A stretch of DNA of 64,000 bases from Candidatus Moraniibacteriota bacterium (GTDB lineage: Bacteria > Patescibacteriota > Minisyncoccia > Moranbacterales > UBA9337). The notes under the pieces were generated by a model. The model was given only the letters and a program-made list of their open reading frames with translations. It did not search any database and had not been told where the DNA came from. This document shows positions 29,825-39,730 of this stretch, piece after piece; positions within the stretch are counted from its first letter, which is position 1; each line of letters begins with the position of its first letter. The translations under genes and the position numbers were made by a program. Location: positions 14,249-78,248 of the forward strand of contig JAQVJM010000002.1 of NCBI GenBank assembly GCA_028695135.1, read 5' to 3'.

Positions 29825-30154
29825 ATGGATTTCAAAGAATACCAGGAAAAGTCGAGAAAGACCGCCCTCTATCCGGACAAGGATAATAATTTTATTTATC
29901 CCACTTTGGGACTCTCCGGAGAGGCCGGGGAAGTTTCTGAAAAGATAAAAAAAGTCATCCGGGATAAGGAGGGAAAAATTGACGAGGAAACTCGGGAAAT
30001 GATAAAGAAGGAATTGGGGGATGTGCTTTGGTATGTCGCGCAGTTGGCGACGGAGCTGGGATTGGATATGGACGAAGTCGCCGGGAGCAATATCGAGAAG
30101 CTATATAGCCGTCTGGAGAGGGGAAAGATCGGAGGAAGCGGTGATGACAGATAA
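29825..30154 (+). CDS. MazG-like nucleoside triphosphate pyrophosphohydrolase
   Basis: LGLSGEAGEV, ELGDVLWY. Confidence 0.92.
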   Translation: MDFKEYQEKSRKTALYPDKDNNFIYPTLGLSGEAGEVSEKIKKVIRDKEGKIDEETREMIKKELGDVLWYVAQLATELGLDMDEVAGSNIEKLYSRLERGKIGGSGDDR

Positions 30155-30241
30155 AAACAATAGCAGTAATCAAAAATATATATTTTACCATATTACGTAA
30201 TATGGTAAAATGAGTATGATGGAGTTATAGCGGGAAAAATT

Positions 30242-31765
30242 ATGAGCAAATATAGCGCTACAATCGGGATGGAAATACATGTTGAGCTCAAGACCGAGTC
30301 CAAGATGTTTTGCAAATGCAAGAACGGGATGGGGGCGGAAAAGGAGCCGAATAAGAATATCTGCGAAGTTTGCACCGCTCATCCGGGGACTCTTCCTGTG
30401 CCTAATGAAAAAGCCGTTAGATTTGTCCAACTTGCAGGAATGGCGCTCAATTGTGAATTGCGAAAGGAGTCGAAATTTGACAGAAAGAATTATTTTTATC
30501 CGGATATTCCGAAGGGTTATCAGATTTCCCAGTACGACCAACCTCTATGCCAAAACGGAGTTTTGGAAATTCGAAATTCAAAATCCGAAATCCTAAACAA
30601 TAATCAAATTCAAAATTCAAATATTCAAACTAAAAAGATAGGTATTACTAGGATTCATCTTGAAGAAGATACCGGTAAGCTAACTCATCCCAAAGGAACT
30701 GGCTATTCTTTAGTAGACTTTAACCGTGCCGGTGTTCCGCTTATGGAGCTTGTGACCGAACCGGATTTTGAGAGCGGGGAGGAGGCCAGAATATTTTGCC
30801 AGAAGCTCCAGCAGATCTGCCGCTATATCGGCATAAGCGATGCCGATATGGAAAAAGGGCATATGCGTTGCGAGGCCAACATTTCTCTTCATAAAGAAGG
30901 CGAGGATAAGTTGAGCGGGACAAAAGTCGAAGTCAAGAATATAAATTCATTCAAATTTGTAGAAAAAGCGATCAATTACGAGATAGAGCGCCAGGCGGAA
31001 GCTTTGGACAAAGGCGAAAAAATTGTCCAGGAAACCAGAGGCTGGGATGCGAATCGGAACGCGACGATTTCTCAGCGAACCAAGGAGACCGCGGCCGATT
31101 ACAGATATTTCCCCGAGCCGGATATCCCGCCGATGAAATTCAGTGATGGCTATATTGAAAAATTAAAAAGGAATCTTCCCGAGCTTCCGGATCAAAAAAT
31201 CAAGAGATTCATGGAACAATATGGGATTTCCCAGGAAAATGCGGAGCTTCTTACGATGGAAAAGGGCTTGGCTGATTATTTTGAAAAAACCATAAGCGAG
31301 ATAGCAGAGAAAAGAGATGCGGGAGAAATTAAGGCCGAGGAAGAGAAGCTGATAAAGCTGGTTGCAAATTATATAAATACTGAATTGAGAAAGTATCTTT
31401 TTGAAAGCCAGGAAAAGATAGAAAGCATCAAAATTACTCCGGAAAATTACGCTGAGCTCATCGGAATTGTGGCGGATGGAAAAATTAATTCCAGCGCCGC
31501 CCAGACAGTTCTCAAAGAGATGTATGAAACCGGAGGGGATCCGTCCCAAATTATTGAAGAAAAGAATTTGGCGCAAATGGAAGATGATGGAGAAATGGAA
31601 AATATTATTGATAAAATCTTAGTGGATAACCAGTCTTCTGTTGATGATTACAAGTCAGGAAAAGAAAATGCTTTGAAGTTCTTGATGGGGCAAGTTATGA
31701 AAGAGACACAAGGAAAAGCCAATCCGCAAAAGGCGATGGAGATGATAAGGGAAAAATTGAAATAG
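30242..31765 (+). CDS. gatB: Asp/Glu-tRNA amidotransferase subunit B, with in-frame repeat insertion
   Basis: IGMEIHVEL, FDRKNYFYPD, HLEEDTGK, DYRYFPEPD. Confidence 0.98.
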   Translation: MSKYSATIGMEIHVELKTESKMFCKCKNGMGAEKEPNKNICEVCTAHPGTLPVPNEKAVRFVQLAGMALNCELRKESKFDRKNYFYPDIPKGYQISQYDQPLCQNGVLEIRNSKSEILNNNQIQNSNIQTKKIGITRIHLEEDTGKLTHPKGTGYSLVDFNRAGVPLMELVTEPDFESGEEARIFCQKLQQICRYIGISDADMEKGHMRCEANISLHKEGEDKLSGTKVEVKNINSFKFVEKAINYEIERQAEALDKGEKIVQETRGWDANRNATISQRTKETAADYRYFPEPDIPPMKFSDGYIEKLKRNLPELPDQKIKRFMEQYGISQENAELLTMEKGLADYFEKTISEIAEKRDAGEIKAEEEKLIKLVANYINTELRKYLFESQEKIESIKITPENYAELIGIVADGKINSSAAQTVLKEMYETGGDPSQIIEEKNLAQMEDDGEMENIIDKILVDNQSSVDDYKSGKENALKFLMGQVMKETQGKANPQKAMEMIREKLK

Positions 31766-31875
31766 GCGCTTGATATGATTTATTTGATCCTCTATCTATA
31801 TTTTCTATAAAAAAATCCCACTTCGCCGGCTAGCGGATAAGCGGGTTTATCGGTCTGCACGATACTATAATCTTT

Positions 31876-32112
31876 TTACATAAAATGCTTTCTTATGAAT
31901 GCCCTGCCCGAACCTGATTTTAGATATTTTTCGAATTCAAAAGCTTTGTATTTACCAGAAAAAGATGTATAGCACATCAATTTCACTGGCAATCTACCCT
32001 TAGTTGAATCAATATATCCCTTTCCATGTCTTTCAATCCTATCTTTCAAATCATTAGTACAACCTGTGTATAGATTGCCATCAGAACATACTAATATGTA
32101 AACATAGAACAT
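31876..32112 (-). CDS. Small GIY-YIG nuclease family protein
   Basis: MFYVYIL...LYTGCTNDLKDRIERH...FEKYLKSGSGR; start ATG 32112. Confidence 0.9.
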   Translation of the reverse strand: MFYVYILVCSDGNLYTGCTNDLKDRIERHGKGYIDSTKGRLPVKLMCYTSFSGKYKAFEFEKYLKSGSGRAFIRKHFM

Positions 32113-32119
32113 ATGCGAA

Positions 32120-32185
32120 TCTCTCCTTCGCGGCGAACCACTGGCGGACTTGTCCGCCGTAGCTCGCCGTTTCGGCGAGCGAAGG
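32120..32185 (-). repeat. REP-like hairpin element between tRNA-Ser and GIY-YIG gene
   Basis: CCTTCGCTCGCCGAAACGGCGAGCTACGGCGGACAAGTCCGCC...GCGAAGG on minus strand. Confidence 0.6.
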
Positions 32186-32272
32186 CGGAGAGAGAGGGAT
32201 TCGAACCCCCGGTACCCTTTCGGGCACAACGGTTTTCAAGACCGTCGCATTCGACCACTCTGCCATCTCTCC
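32186..32272 (-). tRNA. tRNA-Ser(TGA)
   Basis: GGAGAGA/TCTCTCC acceptor, ACGGT-CTTGAAA-ACCGT, long variable arm, G73. Confidence 0.96.
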
Positions 32273-32395
32273 AAAAATCTTTTACATTTTTATTTCAGAG
32301 ATTACTATAACAGTTGCCGGCCTGTTTGTAAACCGCTTATCTTTTGTCTGCATAATTTTAATGTGCTATAATTAATAAAATTTAAATTTCATATT

Positions 32396-32962
32396 ATGAA
32401 TATCGACTTACGGAGAAGCGGGCATAAAAAAAACAATATCCGCATAAATCATGAAGGGGATTATCTCGAAAAACCCCATGATTTTATGATTTCTGAGCAT
32501 AGCGACGTGCTTATCGAATGGCAGGGTCCGGAATATGAGCATTATCCCAAGGAAAAAGTCTGGTATTTAGTGGCTTCGCTTATTTTGGCGGCGATAGTAT
32601 TTTACGCGCTCATAAACAATAGTCCCATCATGGCGATACTTTTCATCCTGATAGGGATAGTGGGCTATATCCAACTGGAAAAGCATCCCCGAGTTCTAGA
32701 TTTCAAAATTACTCATGAAGGAGTCATGGCAGGAAATGAATTGTATGATTTTGACAGCGTAGAATCTTTTTGGATTTTTTATGAGCCGCCCCATACGAAG
32801 ATTTTAAGCCTTCATACGGACGCTCTCCTCGTTCCTTATGTCCATATACCGGTTCACCAGATCGATCCTGTAAAATTAAGGGAGGTCTTGATGGATTTCA
32901 TTCCGGAAAAGAAGCAAAAACCTACGATGATAGACACGATAGAGAGACTTTTGCATATATAG
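32396..32962 (+). CDS. Conserved hypothetical 2-TM protein
   Basis: WQGPEYEH..K..WY, two TMs, SFWI. Confidence 0.8.
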   Translation: MNIDLRRSGHKKNNIRINHEGDYLEKPHDFMISEHSDVLIEWQGPEYEHYPKEKVWYLVASLILAAIVFYALINNSPIMAILFILIGIVGYIQLEKHPRVLDFKITHEGVMAGNELYDFDSVESFWIFYEPPHTKILSLHTDALLVPYVHIPVHQIDPVKLREVLMDFIPEKKQKPTMIDTIERLLHI

Positions 32963-33108
32963 GATAAATTAAAATTTCAAAATACAAATTAAAAGTCGTG
33001 TAATTTTTTTAATCATTCTTATTATACAATTCCTGTGCGGTCGCAAGATAATGGTATAATGTTATGCGCTTGATATTCGCGCCATTTTGTGGTTGAATTC
33101 TTTTGCAT

Positions 33109-33182
33109 GTTCCCATAGCTCAGTTGGATAGAGCGTTGGCTTGCGGAGCCAAAGGTCGGAGGTTCGAATCCTCCTGGGAACA
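33109..33182 (+). tRNA. tRNA-Arg(GCG)
   Basis: GTTCCCA/TGGGAAC acceptor, D-loop with A20, TTGGC-TTGCGGA-GCCAA, GGAGG-TTCGAAT-CCTCC. Confidence 0.95.
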
Positions 33183-33190
33183 CAATTGAG

Positions 33191-33335
33191 GTTCCCTGCC
33201 TGCCGGTCGTACGCCGCCATAGGCTTTGGCCGACGGAGCGCCGGCAGGGATTCCTCACGAGGGCACAGGCATAGGCAGGCGGGGAGCGTTGGCTTGAGGA
33301 GTCAAAGGTCGGAGGCTCGAATCTTCTCGGGGACA
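33191..33335 (+). pseudogene. Degenerate tandem copy of tRNA-Arg with anticodon GAG and D-arm insertion
   Basis: 33284..33336 matches 33131..33183 with 7 mismatches in 53 nt; GTTCCC 5' end retained. Confidence 0.75.
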
Positions 33336-33362
33336 CGGAATAATTCTGACGATTATCCAGTC

Positions 33363-33407
33363 TTGAACATACTATAGTATGTTCAAAGGTATGTTCATCG
33401 GTATGTT
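33363..33407. repeat. 12-nt GAACATAC-type repeats
   Basis: Reverse complement resembles tandem array at 51185..51228. Confidence 0.65.
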
Positions 33408-33557
33408 ATTTTTTGTATTTTAAAATTAATGCAAAAGTAAAATCGTATATGAATTTTTTTTAAATCTGGATTTTAAGAGGGGATTTTGAAAGTTAGTTTG
33501 TATGGCAAGAAGAGTATGGTAGAATAAAGATGACAGGCTAAATATAGTCATAATATC

Positions 33558-34004
33558 ATGGATACTCAAATAAGAATCAGGGAGGCCTCGATAGACGAGG
33601 TCATAAAAATCGGGAAAAAGGTTCTCGGCGCTGAGAAAATGAAGCCCCGGGAGCATTTTGAGGAGAGATATAAAGACAAATATCATCTGATTACGGTTGC
33701 TTACCTGGGGGATAATCCGGCCGGATATGCGGTGTGGTATGACAAATATGGCGACGGGTCGCTTTATTGCTGGATGACTGGAGTAAGTCCAGATTTCAGA
33801 AGGAAAGGAATTCTTAAGGGACTTATGGCTTTCGGATTGGCGATAGCCAGGAATAAAAGATATGAAAAAATAAAAACCAAAGTGAGAAACAGCGAACGGG
33901 GCATGCTGGCTTATCTGACTAAATACGGATTTTCAATCACCGATTTCGAAGAACGTCCGAATAATGAAGACAGCAAAATAAGTTTCGAAAAAGATCTGGA
34001 ATGA
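33558..34004 (+). CDS. GNAT family N-acetyltransferase
   Basis: GVSPDFRRKGILKGL acetyl-CoA motif, KYGF. Confidence 0.9.
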   Translation: MDTQIRIREASIDEVIKIGKKVLGAEKMKPREHFEERYKDKYHLITVAYLGDNPAGYAVWYDKYGDGSLYCWMTGVSPDFRRKGILKGLMAFGLAIARNKRYEKIKTKVRNSERGMLAYLTKYGFSITDFEERPNNEDSKISFEKDLE

Positions 34005-34156
34005 TACGGATCTTCATGAAATTTATCAGACAAGGCGCGATAGGTTAAATCGCGTTTTTTGATCCAGGGGGAATTGTATTGCAATTTAGCATTTGCAGAA
34101 TTTGTAGGCATTTCTCTTTTTTAAGAGGGTGTGGTAAAATTAATGAAAATAAGAAT

Positions 34157-35074
34157 ATGTCGAGCTTAGACGGCAAAAGATTACAAATAACTCCCAAAGA
34201 CTATATTTCGGCTGATAATAGCAACTATGGTTTTGAGTTTGAAGAGCCGAGTTATGTGGAAAATGAAGGGACCGGAATTGAGGAAAGAATGAATCAGATG
34301 AACGGTTGGGAAAAGGCCTCGGCGCATCTTTCGAGAGTGGGCGATTATATGAGAATTACCAAAAATCCGGACTTGAAAAAAGCATTTGATGAAAAAAGGG
34401 AATATTTGAACGAAAAGGTCGCTGAATTGGAGATAGCGTCCGGATTAGAAAAAGAAGAAATATTAAGGGCTTATTCCGGCATGAGTGAAAATCCCGGGCT
34501 TGCCTTGGAAAAAATCAAAGAGGTTGTGGAAGTCTCTCCCGATCATGCCAGGGGCAAAGGCCTTGCAGGATTTGTCTCATGGATAAAAAAAGAGAGATAT
34601 TCCGATCCGAAAAGAACGGCATCCATAGCATCTGCGTTGATAATTCTAGTCGCTCTTGAGGGGGAGGCGTTTTTTTCAAATGAGGCGGAAAATGATATTG
34701 AGGAAAATATTCCAGCGGGAGAGGGCGGGTCGGAAAATGATCCTGAAAAAGACATTACCGTGGAGGAAAAAGAAATTCTTCCTAAAATTACAAAAAAAGA
34801 AGAAATAGCTCTTATAAAATCTTTATTCGATATCAAGCTCTACGCCCATTATCCGTCTTCCATAATCATAGATTCCCCGAAAGGATTTCCGGAAGATATT
34901 TACGAGATTTTCAATAAGCTCAAAAAAACAGACGGTTATGCGGTCAAGCCGTTCATCGATCTTTTGAAGGAAAATTCCGGAAAATTTGAGCCCGGAGAAT
35001 TGGAAAGGCTGGACGATTATTTGTCTCATGAATTTACCAGAAATTTTTCTTCGGAAAAAAATAATCATACTTAG
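34157..35074 (+). CDS. Hypothetical protein
   Basis: Long ORF, one hydrophobic segment; ATG 34157. Confidence 0.7.
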   Translation: MSSLDGKRLQITPKDYISADNSNYGFEFEEPSYVENEGTGIEERMNQMNGWEKASAHLSRVGDYMRITKNPDLKKAFDEKREYLNEKVAELEIASGLEKEEILRAYSGMSENPGLALEKIKEVVEVSPDHARGKGLAGFVSWIKKERYSDPKRTASIASALIILVALEGEAFFSNEAENDIEENIPAGEGGSENDPEKDITVEEKEILPKITKKEEIALIKSLFDIKLYAHYPSSIIIDSPKGFPEDIYEIFNKLKKTDGYAVKPFIDLLKENSGKFEPGELERLDDYLSHEFTRNFSSEKNNHT

Positions 35075-35147
35075 GCTTTTTCTGGGCAACAAAGACAGCC
35101 ATATTGGAATCGTTCCGTCGAGCTGTCAACAAATCGCCAAAAAGGCC

Positions 35148-35176
35148 TTGACACATTTTTAGCCGTTTGTTATTAT
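35148..35176 (+). promoter_or_regulatory. Sigma70 promoter upstream of 23S-5S locus
   Basis: TTGACA-17 nt-TATTAT. Confidence 0.7.
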
Positions 35177-35863
35177 GTATGAGCGTTCAAGATTTTTATT
35201 ATGATGTAATTTTTTAAAGATAATAAATTACTTGAAAAGACAACAAAACAAATCTAAATACAAAAGCGGGTGAATTTTTTTACAGCTATTTTTTAGTTGT
35301 CAAGAGATTGCTCGCCATTAAGGCGAGTTTTTTATTTGGTCCTGCGGATGGCGGAATTATGCGGAAGTCTGGACAAAATAATGTAAAATAGGAGTTGTGC
35401 CGAAATACTTTTTTGTGAATATTTCATGAAAAAATATTTCCGCGCAAATCCGGTAAGAATGATCCGGATGAAGCGAACCTTAAAAATTTAATATTGACCT
35501 ATTGAGTAGCTTTGATCCAGATCAAGCAATTGCGGAAAATCTGATCGGGGCCAAGAAATAGGCGTAGGTAAATCCTGCCGCTTTATCGGCGGCGGGAAAC
35601 AAAGCAATTGCAGTTGACGATCTTAAATGATTGTTAACTGTTAACTTTACCCCGTGTAATCCAGCTTTGCTGGTCTCGCTTGCGAGAATTTCACGGGGTG
35701 AATCCTGCCGCTTTCGAGCGGTGGGAAAAACAACAAAAAGGTTACTTAAGCGTATGGTGGATGCCTAGACTCGTGTGAGCGATGAAGGACGTAGCAGATT
35801 GCGATAAGCCTCGGGGAGCTGTCAAGCAAGCTTTGATCCGGGGATTTCCGAATGGGGAAACCC

Positions 35864-36029
35864 AGCCGTACATAGCACAGAAAATCCGAAATTTAAAATC
35901 CGAAATCCTAAACAATTTTAAAGTCCAAATAATTTAAATTTAAAAACTTTTTAAATTTAGAATTTGGAAAATTTTAATTTATTTAGAAATTGATGCTTTG
36001 AATTTCGAATTTCCGTGTTGTGTGCGGTT
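35864..36029 (+). other. 23S intervening/expansion hairpin 1 (helix 9 region)
   Basis: GC-rich closing stem, 7-nt periodic AT-rich inverted arms. Confidence 0.85.
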
Positions 36030-36382
36030 ACTATTATCTGAATTCATAGGATAATGGAGCAAACCCAGTGAACTGAAACATCTTAGTAGCTGGAGGAATA
36101 GAAATCAATAGAGATTCCGCAAGTAGTGGCGAGCGAACGCGGAACAGTCTAAAACTCGTCGCCCTCGGGCGACGGGTGGTTGCGAGATAATTGTACTCGT
36201 TTAATCGGGATTGCCTCATATTTTTTAGCAGAACGTTCTGGAAAGAACGGCCAAAGGAAGTAATAGCCTTGTATGCGAAAAAAAATATGAAGCGATGAAA
36301 TTATTCTCAAGTAAGGCGGGACCGGAGAAATCCCGTCTGAATCCGGGAGCACTAACTTCCAAGACTAAATATTACACGAGAT

Positions 36383-36419
<37 letters not shown>

Positions 36420-36476
36420 CATCCCGATAAGGGAGATGAAATAGTATCTGAAACCATATGTTAACAAGGAGTCAGA

Positions 36477-36639
36477 GCCGTACGTAGTACGGAAATCCGA
36501 ATATTAAAATCCGAAATCCGAAACAATATCAAAATTCGAATTGCAAAAATTCAAAAAAATTTTGAATTTAGAATTTTGAAAATTATGATTTGTTTAGAAT
36601 TTCGTGTTTAGAGTTTAGAATTTCCGCACTGCGCACGGC
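36477..36639 (+). other. 23S intervening/expansion hairpin 2 (helix 25 region)
   Basis: GCCGTACGTAGTACGG/CCGCACTGCGCACGGC stem with same repeat arms. Confidence 0.85.
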
Positions 36640-37800
36640 GATGGCGTGCTTTTTGCAGAACGAGCCAACGAGTTAGTTTTATACGGCTTGCATAAATTAC
36701 TCTGTAAGATATGCATAGTGAAAGCGAGGCTTAACCGCCGATTTTGTCGTATGGACTAGACCCGAATCCAGGCGAGCTACGCATGGGCAGGGCGAACCCC
36801 GAGTAACATCGGGGGGAGGCCCGCACCCACTGATCGTTCGACATCAGGGGATGACCTGTGCGTAGGGGAGAAATTCCAATCGAGCTTGGCTATAGCTGGT
36901 TCTCTCCGAAATAGCTTTGGGGCTAGCGTTCGTTAAATGAGCGCGGGAGGTAGAGCTACTGGATGAGTGTTCGCGGTTCGCCGTAGAACACTCAACCAAA
37001 CTCCGAATTCTTGCGTTTCTTATTCGAGCAGTCAGAAATCCGGCTCTAAGGTCGGATCTCAAAAGGGAAAAAGCCCAGACCATAATCTAAGGTCCCTAAA
37101 TTCATATTAAGTGGCAAAGGAAGTAGAGTTTCTTAAACACCTAGTAGGTTGGCTTAGAAGCAGCCATCCTTTAAAGAGTGCGTAATAGCTCACTAGCTTA
37201 GAGACTTTGCGCCGAAGATGTAACGGGGCTAAATATGATACCGAAGATATGGACCTGTCGCTCTCGAGCGACGGGTGGTAGGAGAGCGTTCTCTGTGAGC
37301 CGAAGCCAAAGGCGTGAGCCATGGTGGATCGCAGAGAAGTGAGAATGTTGGCATGAGTAACCGCAATGTGAGTGAGATCCTCACACCCCGAAAGTTCAAG
37401 GTTTCCTGGGCAATGGCAATCATCCCAGGGTTAGTCGGTCCTAAGGCGAGGCTGAAAGGCGTAGTCGATGGACATACGGTTAATATTCCGTGACTATGAT
37501 TACAATCGATGGAGTGACGCATTTTAGTAACTGTCGCATGTTATTGGATTCATGTAGGTTTTCTGAGGATGTATAGCAGGCAAATCCGTTATACATTAAG
37601 TCCAAGGAAAATCTGGACGCTTCTCTTCGGAGGAGCTAACGACAGCCAGCAGAGTGCCAGGAAAAACTTCTAAGATTATTGTTTTCATATCCGTACCGCA
37701 AACCGACACAGGTGAACAGGGCGAGTAGCCTAAGGGGAACGGGAGAACCTTCGCTAAGGAACTCGGCAAAAAATCTAGACGTAAGTTCGCGAGATGTCTT

Positions 37801-37962
37801 GCCAGTGCTTAGCACTAAAAATTCGAAATCCGAATATCGAAATCCGAAACAATATCAAAATTCAAATAATTAAGGGCCGTTTTGAATTTAAAAAATTTGA
37901 AAATTATAATTTGTTTTGAGTTTCGTATTTTGATATTCGTGCTTTTGGTGCTATGCATTGGC
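37801..37962 (+). other. 23S intervening/expansion hairpin 3 (helix 63 region)
   Basis: GCCAGTGC/GCATTGGC stem with same repeat arms. Confidence 0.85.
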
Positions 37963-38123
37963 CGCAGCTAAAGATTCCAAGCGACTGTTTATCAAAAACA
38001 CAGGTCTCTGCAAACCCGTAAGGGGATGTATAGGGGCTGACGCCTGACCAGTGCTGGAACGTTAACGGGAGCGGTGCAAGCCAATCCCCGAAGCGCCAGT
38101 GAACGTCGGCGATAACTATAATC

Positions 38124-38155
<32 letters not shown>

Positions 38156-38402
38156 ATTCCGACCCGCATCAAAGGCGTAACGACTTGGAAACTGTCTCAG
38201 TGAAGGACCCGGTGAAATTGCAATAACGGTAAAGATGCCGTTTACCTACGGCAAGACGAGAAGACCCCGTGGAGCTTTACTACAACTTGGCATTGAATTA
38301 AGATTCTGGCTGCCGAGAATAGGTGGGAGACTTTGAAACCGCGATCCAGGTCGCGGTGGAGTCGCCAGTGGAATACCACCCTGTCATTATTTTAATTCTA
38401 AC

Positions 38403-38535
38403 CCTGTGCTGTTAAGAGTTTGGTAGAAAGTATAAAGTAGCAAGTATAAAGTATGGCAAACCACAATATATATCTTAGTGTCTGAACATAATACATACTA
38501 CATAATACTTCCTGCTTGATTCTTACCAGCACGGG
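38403..38535 (+). other. 23S intervening/expansion hairpin 4 (helix 79 region)
   Basis: CCTGTGCTG/CAGCACGGG stem; AAGTATA- and CATAATA-type heptamers. Confidence 0.8.
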
Positions 38536-38742
38536 AACAGTGCCTGGTGGGTAGTTTGAGTGGGGCGCTCGCCTCCTAAATGGTAACGGAGGCGCTTACA
38601 AAGGTTGGCTAAGTCCGGATGGAAATCGGACTGATAGTACAAAAGCATAAGCCAGCTTTACTGAAAGACTAATAAGTCGCTCAGTTACGAAAGTAGAATT
38701 TAGTGAACCGACCATCGCTTGTAGGAGCGTGGAAGATCATCA

Positions 38743-38774
<32 letters not shown>

Positions 38775-38907
38775 AGTGCCCAAGAGTTCATATCGACGGC
38801 ACTGTTTGGCACCTCGATGTCGGCTCATCTCATCCTGGGGCTGGAGCAGGTCCCAAGGGTTTGGCTGTTCGCCAATTAAAGAGGTACGCGAGCTGGGTTC
38901 AAACCGT

Positions 38908-39166
38908 AAAATGGCTTTTTAGCTTTTAGAAAAAGGAAATTTTACAGTTTGAATCCGAGGTTATAGACATCACATCATGGCGGCTTTTGTTAGCAATAAC
39001 AAAAGAGAAGCTAACTAATATCGGTAGAATCCTAGCGAGTAATCGCGGACAATACCGAGGGAATTTGTCTAATTTGACAAAGCCCGTAGAGACTAGACGT
39101 TAGCCTCCATAATTATTTGTGGATGAAGTTATAGTCCAATGCACGCAGTAATGCGTGAAAAACATG
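38908..39166 (+). ncRNA. Group I intron in 23S rRNA at the E. coli 2593-equivalent site, no ORF
   Basis: Interrupts AAACCGT|CGTGAGACAG; 5' exon ends U, intron ends G; P/Q/R/S-like AATATCGGTAGAA, AATACCGAG, GTAGAGACTAGA, AAGTTATAGTCC. Confidence 0.92.
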
Positions 39167-39571
39167 CGTGAGACAGGTTGGTCTCTATCTGCCGTAGGCG
39201 TTATTACTTGAGAGGATTCTTTCCTAGTACGAGAGGACCGGAAAGAGCGAACCTCTGGTGCATCGGCTGTTCCGCCAGGAGCAATGTCGAGTAGCTATGT
39301 TCGTAAGGGATAACCGTTGAAAGCATCTAAACGGGAAGCCTACCTCAAGATAAGGTAATTTATGTTTTCCTAGAAGAAGACTAGGTTGATAGGCTCTAGG
39401 TGTAAGCGTAGTGATACGTTTAGCCGAGGAGTACTAATAAACTAAAACCTTTTTTTGTTTTTGCTTAGTGGCATACTATAGTAGCCATTAGGAAAAAAGT
39501 TAACAGTTAACAGCCATTTATATACATCTGGCTGGAGCTTTTTAAAACCTACAATTTTTTTGAATATATGA

Positions 39572-39686
39572 TTCTTGGTGTCTCTAGCGAAGGGGGTACA
39601 CCTGATCCCATTCCGAACTCAGCAGTTAAGCCCTTCAGCGCCGATGATACCCGGTTTTTCCGGGGAAAGTAGGTCGGTGCCAAGAA
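39572..39686 (+). rRNA. rrf: 5S rRNA
   Basis: CACCTGATCCCATTCCGAACTCAG, TTCTTGG/CCAAGAA terminal stem. Confidence 0.96.
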
Positions 39687-39702
39687 TCATATATTCAAAT
39701 TA

Positions 39703-39730
39703 GAAACCGCTTTAAAAGGCGGTTTTTTTT
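39703..39730 (+). terminator. rRNA terminator
   Basis: AAACCGCTTT-aa-AAGGCGGTTTTTTTT. Confidence 0.75.

Noticed and set aside
38908-39166. Homing endonuclease gene in the intron
   Set aside because: Intron is only 259 nt with no ORF
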